Source: Haliotis rubra
Taxonomy: Eukaryota
Direction: 5' to 3'
Assembly (NCBI RefSeq): GCF_003918875.1
Contig: NW_025765780.1
Span: forward strand, 1,364,001 to 1,428,000
DNA length: 64,000 nt
How positions within the stretch are numbered: the stretch's first letter is position 1; every line of letters begins with the position of its first letter. The position numbers and the translations under genes are program-made. The notes beneath the pieces were generated by a model. It did not search any database. It was not told the DNA's origin and saw nothing but the letters and a program-made list of their open reading frames with translations. Positions 1-12,475 of the stretch are shown piece after piece.

Positions 1-98
1 ATTATAACGTATTATACTTATGGACAGCTGACTGATGACACGCTACATGACGATTTAAGAAATGAAATCATGACATCATAATCAAAACAGTTACGTAC

Positions 99-1642
99 CC
101 AGTCTTGGCAAAGTCAGCAATGAAAGAAACAAATGTTTCCGCCACCTGATACTCCTCAGACGTCAGGTTCCCTGAGTAGCCAAACATTTTGACCACGGAC
201 GGATTCAGGTCGAACAGATACAAGATGTCCACTCCATGGTTCATGCCTTTCACAGGGCTATCTCTGGCGAAGGATGGATAGTGGTCAAATAAGTAGAAGT
301 AACACTTCCTGTTTGTGTTCAACAATGCATGCGTCCTGGCAAAGAGGACCCCCGGTACTAAGAAGCTGGGGTCACCGTATGTTGAAAGTACCTGTTCTTG
401 AGGCAGCAGCTGGTCAGATGGTGGTCGGGGGTAGGTGTACTCAACGCTGACGATATTATTGATGGATGGAGTGCTAGCTCCTAATGACAATGATGTAACT
501 GTTGGGAGAATATCTGTATCAAACTCCTTCGGCTTGAAGATGTCGGTAGCCCATGTGTAATTGTAAGCCCTGTCGAATGCTAGAGCACTCGTCAACAGGA
601 GTCCCCCTTCGTTGTTGTTGGCCCCTACCATAACGTCGATGTCCTTGATACACGTGGTATTTAAGAATGTGATGTCTCTCATTAAGACTTGGGGATCATC
701 TTTGACAAAGATGCCATCAATGGTGGGGACCCACGTGAACTGTATGAGCTGGTAGGCTGGCGTCCCCAAAACAGAAGAAAAGGCTAACACTCTGGTACTG
801 TCGTTCTTCCTCATACAGTCTACCATGGTCCTTTGTCTGCTGATAATATCAGGATCATCACCAAGGCAACCTAAGCTGCTTCCAACAAACATAGCTAAGA
901 ATTTGTTGTTTTTGTTGATCGCCCAGAGAGATGTGGCAGCTCCACTCTGTAGAACTGCTCTCTGGAACAGCCCCTTTGACCCCGGGTACAACACGTTATA
1001 AGCCACACTCGCCGCCCCTGCAGATTCTCCGATGATGGTGATGTTGTTGCTGTCACCACCAAAAGCTTCAATGTTAGTCTTGACCCACTGGATCGCCAGA
1101 TGTTGATCCCATAATCCGTAGTTACCTGGAGCGACATCATTTCCGGTACTAAAAAATCCGAATATTCCCAGTCTATACTGAATAGTGACGACTATAACGT
1201 CACCTTTTGTCACCAATTGCCACGGCTCGTAAAAAGAAGCGGATCCATACACGAATCCTCCCCCGTGAATCCAGACCATCACCGGCACACTGGACGATAC
1301 ATCGGTTGTATTTGGCAGGAACACATTCAATGTAAGACAGTCTTCACTCATAGCTGGATAGGAAAAGCTCGAAATGATAACTTGAGATAGCTGGAGACAT
1401 GGCAGTCCATAGCTCGAAGCATTAAATATGTCAGAAACTCCTGGGTGTGGTTGAGGTTTTCTGAATCGGAGATCTCCAACTGGAGGTTTCGCGTACGGGA
1501 TTCCGTAGTAGCCAAAGTAAGGTTGTCCTTCCCTACTGGTTCTCTCCACTCCCTGTATATATCCCCAGGTGGAATTTATCACTGGTGCCTCCATCCCTAC
1601 AGCAGGGAGGACCAACATGGACACAATAATCAGATAATTCAT
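99..1642 (-). CDS. Carboxylesterase type B, subfamily A copy 1; exon 1 only, exon 2 lies off the left edge
   Basis: The ORF has a signal-peptide-like MNYLIIVSMLVLPAVG (ATG 1642; an in-frame ATG also at 1681) and the motifs GIPYAKPPVGDLRF, SEDCLTLN, WIHGGGF, GESAG (Ser), NNNEG (Glu) and GMNHGVD (His). Splice donor FAKTG|GTACGT at 99/98, as in the other copies. Confidence 0.93.
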
Positions 1643-1925
1643 AATCGTCTCCGCTACATCGAACGGTATACTGCCTTTCATCAACAACTTTCCCACCACT
1701 CCTCACCTGTCCTTCTTGTCCCACAATCCCCGTATTGAATATTGCGTAATGGTGTTTCCTGTCCTGTTTGCTCAGGCAGATTTGTATTTACTATTCACAG
1801 ACTGACAACATACTGGAGGAAGGCGTTCCTGCTGTTAACATATACCCGTACAGTGAAATATGCACTGTTCACAGTCAACAAAAGACTTTCTGCACAGTCA
1901 CGATGCTCCGATATGTGTTCGTTGA

Positions 1926-1935
1926 GTCACGTAAG
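1926..1935. promoter_or_regulatory. E-box/CLEAR-like motif conserved upstream of subfamily-A genes (also 13780-13789, 23292-23299, 30036-30045)
   Basis: GAGTCACGT core present in all four paralogous upstream regions; perfect GTCACGTGAC at 13780 and 30036; 249-315 bp upstream of the ATG in the intact copies. Confidence 0.45.
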
Positions 1936-2049
1936 CTCTACTTGACAGGAGCCACGCGAAAGGAGCTTGTTTAGTCAGGTCCAGTTCAGGGAATTCAAGT
2001 TATTCGCAAATACTGACATTTCTTTTTTTTTAAGCAGATTGACAAAGAC

Positions 2050-5000
2050 ACCTAGCAGTTATCATGGTACTGTGTGCCTGGCTTCACAACCAGCAGTTAC
2101 CATGGTGCTGGATGCCTGACTTCACAACCAGCAATTTCCATGGAGCTGTGTGCCTAGCTTCACAAACAGCAGTTACCATTTAGGTGTATGCCTAGCTTCG
2201 CAAGCAGCAGTTACCATGGTGCTGTGTGCCTAGCTTCACAAGCAGCAGTTACCATGGTGCTGTGTGCCTAACTTCACAACCAGCAGTTACCATGGTGCTG
2301 TGTGTCTAGCTTCACACTTAGCAGTTATCATGGTGCTGTATGCCTGGCTTCACACTTAGCAGTTAACAAGGTGTTGTGTGCATAGATTCACACTTAGTAG
2401 TAACCATGGTGATGTATACCTTGCTTCACAACCAGCAGTTACCATGGTGCTGTGTGTCAAGCTTCACACTTAGCAGTTATCATGGTGCTGTATGCCTGGC
2501 TTCACACATAGCAGTTAACAAGGTGTTGTGAGCATAGATTCACACTTAGTAGTAACCATGGTGCTGTATACCTTGCTTCACAAACAGGAGTTACCATGGT
2601 GGTGTGTGCCTGGCTTCACACTTAGCAGTTAACAAGGTGTTGTGTGCATAGATTCAAACTTAGTAGTAACCATGGTGCTGTATACCTTGCTTCACAAACA
2701 GGAGTTACCATGGTGGTGTGTGCCTGGCTTCACACCTAGCAGTTATCATGGTGTTGTGTGCCTGGCTTCACAACCAGCAGTTACCATGGTGCTGGATGCC
2801 TGACTTCACAACCAGCAATTTCCATGGAGCTGTGTGCCTAGCTTCACAAACACCATGGTGCTGTGTGCTAAGCTTCACACTCAGCAGTTACCATGGAGCT
2901 GTTTGCCAAGCTTCACACTTAGCAGTTATCATGATGCTGTGTGCCTGGCATCACACTTAGGAGTTACCATGCTGCTGTGTGTCAAGCTTCACACTTAGTA
3001 GTTATAATGGTGCTGTGTGCCTAGCATCACTCGTAGCAGTTATCATGATGCTGTGTGCCTAGCATCACACGCACCAGTTATCATGGTGTTGTCCGTCAAG
3101 TTTCACACTTAGTAGTTATAATTGTGCTGTGTGCCTGGCTTCACAACCAGCAGTTACCATGGTGCTGTGTGCCTGGCTTCACACTTTGCAGTTATCATGG
3201 TGATGTGTGCCTGGCTTGACAACCAGGATTTACCATGATGATGTGTGCTAAGCTTCACACTTAGCACTTACCACGGTGCTGTGTGCCAAGCTTCACAACC
3301 AGCAGTTACCATTGAGGGGTGTGCCAAGCTTCACACTTAGCAGTTACAATGGTGCTGTGTGCCAAGCTTCACAACAAACAGTTACAATGGTGCTGTGTGC
3401 CTAACTTCACACTTAACCGTTATCATGATGCTGTCTTCATGGCTTCACACTTAGCAGTTATCATAGTGCTGTGTGCCAAACATTACACGTAGCAGTTATC
3501 ATGGTGCTGTTTCCCAAGCTTCACACTCAGCAGATATCATGGTGCTGTGTGCCAAGCTTCACAATCTGCAGTTACCATGGAGCTGTGTGCCAAGCTTCAC
3601 AACAAACAGTTACAATGGTGCTGTGTGCCTAGCTTCACACTTAACCGTTATCATAGTGCTGTGTGAAAAACATTACACGTAGCAGTTATCATGGTGGTGT
3701 GTGCCAAGCTTCACACTTAGTTAAAATGGTGCTGTGTGCCCGGCTTCACAACCAGCAATTACCATGTTGCTGTGTGCCTAACTTCAAACTTAGCAGTTAC
3801 CATCGTGCTGTGTACGTAGCTCCAAACGTAGCAGTTATCATGGTGCTGTATGCCTAGCTTCAGTCTTAGCAGTTACCGTGGTGCTATATTCATAGCGTCA
3901 CAAATGGCAGTTACCATGGTGGTGTGTGCCTGGCTTCACAACCAGCAGTTACCATGGTGCGGTGTGCATAGCTTCACACTGAGCAAATATCATGGAGCTG
4001 TGTGCCTAGCTTCACAAGCAGCAGTTACCATGGTGCTGTTTGCCTGGCTTCACACTTAGCAGTTATCATGATGCTGTGTGCCAAGCTTCACACTTAGTAG
4101 TTAAAATGGTGCTGTGTGCCCGGCTTCACAACCAGCAATTACCATGTTGCTGTGTGCCTAACTTCAAACTTAGCAGTTACCATGGTGCTGTGTACATAGC
4201 TTCAAACTTAGCAGTTATCATGGTGCTGTATGTCTAGCTGTGTGCCTAACTTCACTCTTAGCAGTTACCATGGTGCTGTGTATCTAGCTTCACACTTAGC
4301 AGTTATTATGGTGCTGTATGCCTAGCTTCACACTTAGCAGTTACCATGGTGCTGTGTGCCAAGCTTCACTCTTAGCAGTTACAATGGTGCTGTGTATCTA
4401 GCTTCACACTTAGGAATTACCATACAGCTATGTACCTAGCTTCACAACCAACAGTTACCGTGGTGGTGTGTGCCTGGCTTCACCCTTAGCAGTGACAATG
4501 GTGCTGTGTGCCTAGCCTCACATTTTGCAGTTATCATGATGCTGTGTGCCTGGCTTCATACTTAGCAGTTATCATAGTGCTGTGTGCCAAGCTTCACACT
4601 TTGTAATTACCATGGAGCTCTGTGTAAAGCTTCACAACCAGCAGTTACCAAGTTGCTGTGTGCCTGGCTTCACACTTAGCAGTTACAATGGTACTGTGTG
4701 CCTAACTTCACACTTAGCAGTTATCGTGGTGCTGTATGCCTAGCTCCACACTTAGCAATTACCACATAGTTATGTGCCTAGCTTCACAACCAGCAGTTGC
4801 CATAGTGGTGTGTGCCCGGCTTCACACTTTGCAGTGACAATGGTGCTGTGTGCCTACCTTCACACTTTGCAGTTATCATGATGCTCTGTGCCTGGCTTCA
4901 TACTTATCAGTTATCATGGTGCTGTGTGATAAGCTCCACACGTAGCAGTTATCATCGTGCTGTGTGTCAAGCTTCACAACCAGCAGTTACCATGGTGCTG

Positions 5001-8000
5001 TGTGCCTAACTTCACTCTTAGCAGTTACCATGGTGCTGTGTATCTAGCTTCACACTTAGCAGTTATTATGGTGCTGTGTGCCAAGCTTCACACTTAGCTG
5101 TTATCATGGTGCTGTGTGCCAAGCTTCACAACCAGCAGTTACCATGGTGCTGTGTGCCTAACTTCACTCTTAGCAGTTACCATGGTGCTGTGTATCTAGC
5201 TTCACACTTAGCAGTTATTATGGTGCTGTGTGCCTAGTTTCACACTTAGCAGTTACCATGGTGTTGTGTGCCAAGCTTCACTCTTAGCAGTTACCATGGT
5301 GCTGTGTATCTAGCGTCACGCTTAGTAGTTATCATATATATATATTTATTTCCGGTACTGAAAGGCCACAGGCCTGTAGTACAATGCATTTATAATTCAA
5401 TATTTACACGCACGGATAATATACATGAAGAAGGGAAAATAATCAACTTTAGGTTACATTGTGTTCTGAGATATATTCTGTCCTAAACAACATGGCATAG
5501 TAAGCAAACATGGACAAGTCTTGAAGTATAGTAAGGGTTTTGTTATTCAAAAATGCTGAGAATTTATAAAGGTTTGGATGGGCACAATAATATTTCTTAA
5601 TATACAACTTTCTGATGGAATTATAAGTAGTTATCATGGTGCTCTGTGCCTAGTTTCACACCCAGCAGTAACCATGGTGCTGTGTGCCTAGCTTCAGAAC
5701 CGGCAGTTACCATGGTGCTGTGTGCCTAGCTTCATACTCAGCAGTTACCATGGTGCTGTGTGCCTAGCTTCAGAACCGGCAGTTACCATGGTGCTGTGTG
5801 CCTAGCTTCACACTTAGCAGTTATCACGGTGCTGTGTGCCTAGCTTCATACTCAGCAGTTACCATGGTGCTGTGTTTCTAGCTTCACTGTTAGCAGTTAC
5901 CGTGGTGCTGTGTGCCAAGCTTCACACTTAGCAGTTATCATTGTGCTGTGTACCTGGCTTCACAACCAGCAGTTACCATGGTGCTGTGTGCCTAGCTTCA
6001 CACTGAGCAGTTACCATGGTGCTGTGTGCCAAGCTTCATACTTATCAGTTATCATTGTGCTGTGTGCCAAGGTTCACACGTAACAGTTATCATGGTGCTG
6101 TGTGCCAAGCTTCACACTTAGTAGTTATCATGGTGCTGTGTGCCTAGCTTCACAGCCAGCAGTTATAATGGTGCTTTGTGCCTAGCTTTACTCTTAGCAG
6201 TTACCACGGTGCTGTGTATCTAGCTTCACACTTAGCAGTTATTATGGTGCTGTATGCCTAGCTTCACACTTAGCATTTACCATGGTGCTGTGTATCTAGC
6301 TTCACATTTAGAAGTTATTATGGTGCTGTGTGCCAAGCTTCGCACTTAGCATTCATCATTGTGCTGTGTACCTGGGTTCACAACCAGCCGTTACCATAGT
6401 GCTGTGTGCCTAGCTTCACAACCAGCAGTTACCATGGTGTTGTGTGCCTAGCTTCACACTGAGCAGTTACCATGGTGCTGAGTCCCTAGCTTCACATTTA
6501 GCAGTTACCATGGTGTTGCATGCCTAGCTTCACACTTAGTAGTTATCATAGTGTTCTATGCCTAGCTTCACACTTAGCAGTTATCACGGTGCTGTGTGCC
6601 TAGCTTCACAACCAGCAGTAACCATGGTGGTGTGTGCCTGGCTTCACACTTAGCAGTTACAATGGTGCTGTGTGCCTAGCTTCACACTTTGCAGTTATCA
6701 TGATGCTCTGTGCCTGGCTTCACACTTAGCAGTTATCATTGTGCTGTGTACCTGGCTTCACAACCATCAGTTACCATGGTGTTGTGTGCCTAGCTTCACA
6801 CTGAGCAGTTACCATGGTGCTGAGTCCCTAGCTTCACATTTAGCAGTTACCATGGTGTTGCATGCCTAGCTTCACACTTAGTAGTTATCATAGTGTTCTA
6901 TGCCTAGCTTCACACTTAGCAGTTATCACGGTGCTGTGTGCCTAGCTTCACAACCAGCAGTAACCATGGTGGTGTGTGCCTGGCTTCACACTTAGCAGTT
7001 ACAATGGTGCTGTGTGCCTAGCTTCACACTTTGCAGTTATCATGATGCTCTGTGCCTGGCTTCACACTTAGCAGTTATCATTGTGCTGTGTACCTGGCTT
7101 CACAACCATCAGTTACCATGGTGTTGTGTGCCTAGCTTCACACTGAGCAGTTACCATGGTGCTGAGTCCCTAGCTTCACATTTAGCAGTTACCATGGTGT
7201 TGCATGCCTAGCTTCACACTTAGTAGTTATCATAGTGTTCTATGCCTAGCTTCACACTTAGCAGTTATCACGGTGCTGTGTGCCTAGCTTCACAACCAGC
7301 AGTTACCATGGTGGTGTGTGCCTGGCTTCACACTTAGCAGTTACAATGGTGCTGTGTGCCTAGCTTCACACTTTGCAGTTATCATGATGCTCTGTGCCTG
7401 GCTTCACACTTAGCAGTTATCATGGTGCTGTGTATCTAGCTTCACAACCAGCAGTTACCATGGTGCTGTGTGCCTAACTTCACACTTAGTAGTTACCATG
7501 ATGCTGTTTCTATCTTCACAGTTAGCATTTACCGTGGTGCTGTGTACCAAGCTTCACACTTAGCAGTTATCATTGCGCTGTGTACCTGGCTTCACAACCA
7601 GGAATTACCATGGTGCTGTGTTTCTAGCTTCACTGTTAGCAGTTACCATGGTGCTGTGTGCCAAGCTTCACACTTAGCAGTTATCATTGTGCTGTGTACC
7701 TGGCTTCACAACCAGCAGTTACCATGGTGTTGTGTGCCTAGCTTCACACTGAGCAGTTACCATGGTGCTGTGAGCCAAGCTTCATACTTATCAGTTATCA
7801 TTGTGCTGTGTGCCAAGGTTCACACGTAACAGTTATCATGGTGCTGTGTGCCAAGCTTCACACTTAGTAGTTATCATGGTGCTGTGTGCCTAGCTTCACA
7901 GCCAGCAGTTATAATGGTGCTGTGTGCCTAGCTTTACTCTTAGCAGTTACCATGGTGCTGTGTATCTAGCTTCACACTTAGCAGTTATTATGGTGCTGTA

Positions 8001-9835
8001 TGCCTAGCTTCACACTTAGCATTTACCATGGTGCTGTGTATCTAGCTTCACATTTAGAAGTTATTATGGTGCTGTGTGCCAAGCTTCGCACTTAGCATTC
8101 ATCATTGTGCTGTGTACCTGGGTTCACAACCAGCCGTTACCATAGTGCTGTGTGCCTAGCTTCACAACCAGCAGTTACCATGGTGGTGTGTGCCTAGCTT
8201 CATACTCAGCAGTTACCATGGTGCTGTGTGTCTAACTTCTCACTTAGCAGTTATCATTGTGCTGTGTACCTGGCTTCACAACCATCAGTTACCATGGTGT
8301 TGTGTGCCTAGCTTCACACTGAGCAGTTACCATGGTGCTGAGTCCCTAGCTTCACATTTAGCAGTTACCATGGTGTTGCATGCCTAGCTTCACACTTAGT
8401 AGTTATCATAGTGTTCTATGCCTAGCTTCACACTTAGCAGTTATCACGGTGCTGTGTGCCTAGCTTCACAACCAGCAGTTACCATGGTGGTGTGTGCCTG
8501 GCTTCACACTTAGCAGTTATCATTGTGCTGTGTGCCAAGCTTCACACTTAGCAGTTATCACGGTGCTGTGTGCCTAGCTTCACAACCAGCAGTTATCACG
8601 GTGCTGTGTGCCAAGCTTCACACTTAGCAGTTATCATTGTGCTGTGTGCCTAGCTTCACAACCAGCAGTTACCATGGTGGTGTGTGCCTGGCTTCACACT
8701 TAGCAGTTACAATGGTGCTGTGTGCCTAGCTTCACACTTTGCAGTTATCATGATGCTCTGTGCCTGGCTTCACACTTAGCAGTTATCATGGTGCTGTGTA
8801 TCTAGCTTCACAACCAGCAGTTACCATGGTGCTGTGTGCCTAACTTCACACTTAGTAGTTACCATGATGCTGTTTCTATCTTCACAGTTAGCATTTACCG
8901 TGGTGCTGTGTACCAAGCTTCACACTTAGCAGTTATCATTGCGCTGTGTACCTGGCTTCACAACCAGGAATTACCATGGTGCTGTGTGCCTAACTTCACA
9001 CTTAGTAGTTGTCATAGTGTTGTATGCCTAGCTTCACAACCAGCAGTTACCATGGTGCTGTGTGTCTATCGTCACACTTAGCAGTTACCCTGGTGCTGTG
9101 TGCCAAGCTTCACACTTAGCAGTTAACATTGTGGTGTTTACCTGGCTTCACAACCAGCAGTTACCATGGCGTCGTGTGCCTAGCTTCACACTTAGTAGTT
9201 ATCATATTTTTTCTATGTCTAGCTTCGCACTTAGCAGTTGCCTTGGTGTTGTGTGCCAAGCTTCACACTTAGAAGTTATCATGGTGCTGTGTGCCAAGCT
9301 TCACACTTAGCAGTTATCATGGCGCTGTGTGCCTAGCTTCAGACTTAATAGTTATCATGGTGCTGTGTGCCTAGCTTCACAACCAGCAGTTATCATGGTG
9401 CTGTGTGCCTAGCTTCAGACTTAATAGTTATCATGGTGCTGTGTGCCTAGCTTCACAACCAGCAGTTATCATGATGCTGTATGCCTAGCTTCACACGTAG
9501 CAGTTAACGTGTTGCTCTGTGCCAAGGTTCACACTTAGCAGTTATCATTGTGCTGTGTACCTGGCTTCACAACCAGCAGTTACCATGGTGTTGTGTGCCT
9601 AGCTTCACCCTTAGCAGTTACCATGGTTCTTTGTGCCAAGCTTCACTACTGGAAGTTACCATGGTGCTGTGTGCCTAGCTGCTTCACAAGCAACAGTTAC
9701 CATGGTGTTGTGCGGTTGGCTTCACATCAAGTACTTATAATAGTGTTGTGTGCCTAGCTTCACACTAATCAGTTATCATGGTGTTGTATGCCTATATTCA
9801 TAATTAACAGTTATCCTTGTTTTGTGTGCCGAACG
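2050..9835. repeat. 38-bp satellite array (~200 units) with higher-order structure
   Basis: Consensus CAGCAGTTACCATGGTGCTGTGTGCCTAGCTTCACAAC / ...CACACTT. Identical ORF translations at 6672 and 7014 give a 342-bp (9 x 38) higher-order period. Confidence 0.97.
5336..5625 (-). mobile_element. 5'-truncated non-LTR retrotransposon (CR1/L2-like 3' end) inserted in the satellite
   Basis: Flanked by the 12-bp direct repeat AGTAGTTATCAT (5324-5335, 5626-5637). The minus strand encodes YNSIRKLYIKKYYCAHPNLYKFSAFLNNK...LSMFAYYAMLFR, resembling a LINE ORF2 C-terminus, followed by a 3' UTR ending AATAAA(TA)n. Confidence 0.75.
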
Positions 9836-10099
9836 TCACAACAGAAAGATAGCTGGTTCCTTAGTTATTTTATTAGGGGTATAGCAGTTCTTGGACTGTA
9901 TCATCAGCGTAGGTAGGCGATATTGGATCCTGAACATTGCTAACCGTAACGTGTGACAACCATTTGTCATCTGACAATCTTTGACACTTGTTATAATCGT
10001 TTACACATATCTTCATGATGAAGTTGCAATCGTACAGCAAGTGATTTGTCCCTTCAGATTGAAATATAATGAATCAGTGAGAGCTCGGGTGGTGTTGGA

Positions 10100-10690
10100 A
10101 CAGTCAGGCTGGTAAGGTTCACGATCCACTCAAGTACACTTACCCTGTCTACGCGCAGCCCAGACAGCGAATGTGACTTCTCCCAGGAAGCGTTGCCCAG
10201 TTGCACACACTAAACATTTCCCCCCAAAATTGTAGACTATCCAACACTGCAGCTTTCTGCCTTACCCAAAATGTCAGAAGGGCTGTGCTCCCGATGGAGA
10301 CCCCGGGCACTCCTGATCTGCGCAAAAAGATCAGGAGGTACCAAATTAAGGGCACCTAGAATCTTGTTAATTACCATTGATTTTACAGATTAAAAATGGA
10401 ATATAGCACACAGAGAGAGTTGTCCTGAGTTGTCCTGGCACAGTCAGGCTCGTAGCGGTTTCAGGTACCATTGTGTACTCTACAACGAAGACAGCGAATC
10501 TGACTTTTCCCCTGACTTTGCCTAGTCGAAGAAACCAGAGAATATGAAGACTCCCCAACACTGCAGCGTTCTGCATTTCCCAGAGTGTCAGAAGGGTTGT
10601 GCTTCTGGTAAAGAACCTGGGCACTTTCCTGATCTGCGCTTAAAGATCAGGAGGTGTCAAATCACGGGCACCGAGAACAATGCGGAGTCA
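10100..10690 (-). mobile_element. Two tandem 3' fragments of an RLE-type (R4/Dong-like) non-LTR retrotransposon
   Basis: Minus-strand translation IVLGARDLTPPDL*AQIRKV...LWEMQNAAVLGSLHIL, and a second copy LGALNLVPPDL...QKAAVLDSL. These resemble the PIVIGALG...QKAVLLGT C-terminus of RLE LINEs. Paralogous pair at 25290-25875. Confidence 0.55.
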
Positions 10691-10884
10691 GAAAAGTCAA
10701 TGATATAAATAAATTCATTGGCTTTATCAAAAAGCCCAAGATCAGGCTTTTGGCAGGAATTCTTCTAAGGTCGTATATGGGCACATTCCAAAGAATAAAG
10801 AAGTTAAATGCATGATGCCCTGGACACGTCCAGAGTCGAACCATGGAGGGACCTTGGAGTCATTTGAAGATACAGACATGACGA

Positions 10885-11130
10885 AGTGAGTGAGTGAGTT
10901 TAGTTTTACGACGCACTCAGCAATATTCCAGCTATATGGCGGCGGTCTGTAAATAATCGAGTCTGGACCAGACAACCCAGTGGTCAACAGCATGAGCATC
11001 GATCTGCGCAATTGGGAACCGATGACATGTGTCAACCAAGCCAACGAGCCTGACCATCCGATCCCGTTTGTCGCCTCTTACGACAAGCATGGGTTGCTGA
11101 AGATCAATATTCTAACCCGGACCTTCACGA
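10885..11130 (-). mobile_element. SINE family 1 (CTTGTCGTAAGAGGCGAC core, (CACT)n tail)
   Basis: Reverse complement of the element at 55721-55989; ends in a (TCAC)n tail. Confidence 0.85.
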
Positions 11131-11750
11131 GTTGAAAATAGATATGAAACTCAACCACAAAAAAAAAACCAACATGTATTGCAGCGTCATCGGGTTTTTT
11201 TGGTTTTTTTCGATGTTACCAGCTGACGTCACACGATATCCATGTCATTGGATATGTTTAATCTGCTGTCAGCAGGGCTTCAAAAATATTATTGCCCCAC
11301 GCCCTGGTTCGCTAAACTGTCTATGTCAATAAACTGATTGATTGATGTCGGGCAACTAAACTGCTCATTTCAACTTAACTGTGGGCAAGTAACAAATAAA
11401 ACTTGCTATAAAATCAACAAACGAACATTTCTGTATCTTTATCTGTTTTTCGTTGAGATTTAACGGTGTTTAATTCACGATTTCTGTGGACATTGTTGCC
11501 GAAGAAAGATAGAGTTACTTCCCTTGGTTTTTATTTCGCTCTTGAAGGGTCCATTTGACTGGGTCCTTTCTTGCATATCAACTTGCGATAGTAGTTTACA
11601 AGCGCAGGCGCTTAACAACGTTTTCTGGTCTATGTGGCAAGTAAACTTTTAAAACAAAATGAACCTCTGTGTCAGTTTGTCCTCATTCTAATAGGGAATT
11701 GACTCAAATTAGGGAATAGTCTTTAAAATGACAAAACCGTATACGGCAAT

Positions 11751-11910
11751 GAGTGAGTAAGTGAATATGGTTTTACGCCGCTTTTAGCAATATTCCAGCA
11801 ACAGTACAGCGGGGGACACCAGAGATGGGCTTCACACATTGTATCCATGTATGGAATCAAACCCGGACCCGGGCCCGAACGCTGTAACCACTTGGCTACC
11901 CCACCGCCCC
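11751..11910 (-). mobile_element. tRNA-derived SINE family 2
   Basis: GGGGCGGTGGGGTAGCC.AGTGGTTA head, GCTGGAATATTGCTAAAAGCGGCGTAAAAC tail, TSD TA(T/C)ACGGCAAT. The empty site is visible in the paralogous spacer at ~27040. Confidence 0.85.
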
Positions 11911-12475
11911 TACACGGCAATAAATACCCTGTACCCAGCAATATCTGCTGTTTGTTATTTTGATACCCATCACTGATAAAGGTTGTTTCTGAGGATCGCT
12001 CAAACCTGGTATTCTTTAGCACTGACGTTTTTTTGAAGAAACTGTTATGGCGTTATATGTACACGTTTGCCGTTGATCGTTGCCAACAGCAGAAATGTGG
12101 CACATGCTCTAAATGGGATTACACTTTTTCAATAAAGGACAGATTCGAAGACTTTTGTTGAATCTCATCCGGGATTCGAACCCACAATTTCAAAGTTAGG
12201 CACCTAATCGTCAGCACACAACTTCAGCAACATGATAGTGTTATTTCATGGCGAATGATTAATTAAAGACGTTACTTGAAACATATCACTGATTTCATTT
12301 TCTTTCCTTATGTGTTGCACAATGAGTTGTTGATTCAGATATAGTTGATAGCACATCTGGCCGATGAGCCTAAAATCGAGAGTTGTGATGTTGTTAAATC
12401 TCAGCAACGACGTTAAATGTGATCTTCTAACTTCAACATAAGTATGTTTGATACAATGATTATTTGTCTGGTGCC

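Noticed and set aside
68-98. ORF-track C-termini (YVTVLIMMS etc.) and GTG/TTG-started N-terminal extensions of the esterases
   Set aside because: The C-terminal extensions are intron read-through past the conserved GG|GTACGT donor. Non-ATG starts are artefacts of the ORF caller in a eukaryote.
895-1738. Overlapping alternative-frame and antisense ORFs repeated in each esterase copy
   Set aside because: Their recurrence is explained by the high nucleotide identity of the paralogs; there is no independent coding signal.
2718-9757. Many short Cys/His-rich ORFs in the satellite (also ORFs at 34982-36187 and 49552-50446)
   Set aside because: They are translations of tandem repeats in shifting frames with frequent stops, mostly from non-ATG starts.
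2050-9835. CRISPR-like appearance of the 38-bp array (also the 44-bp and ~52-bp arrays)
   Set aside because: The units are contiguous with no unique spacers, no cas genes are present, and the context is eukaryotic.
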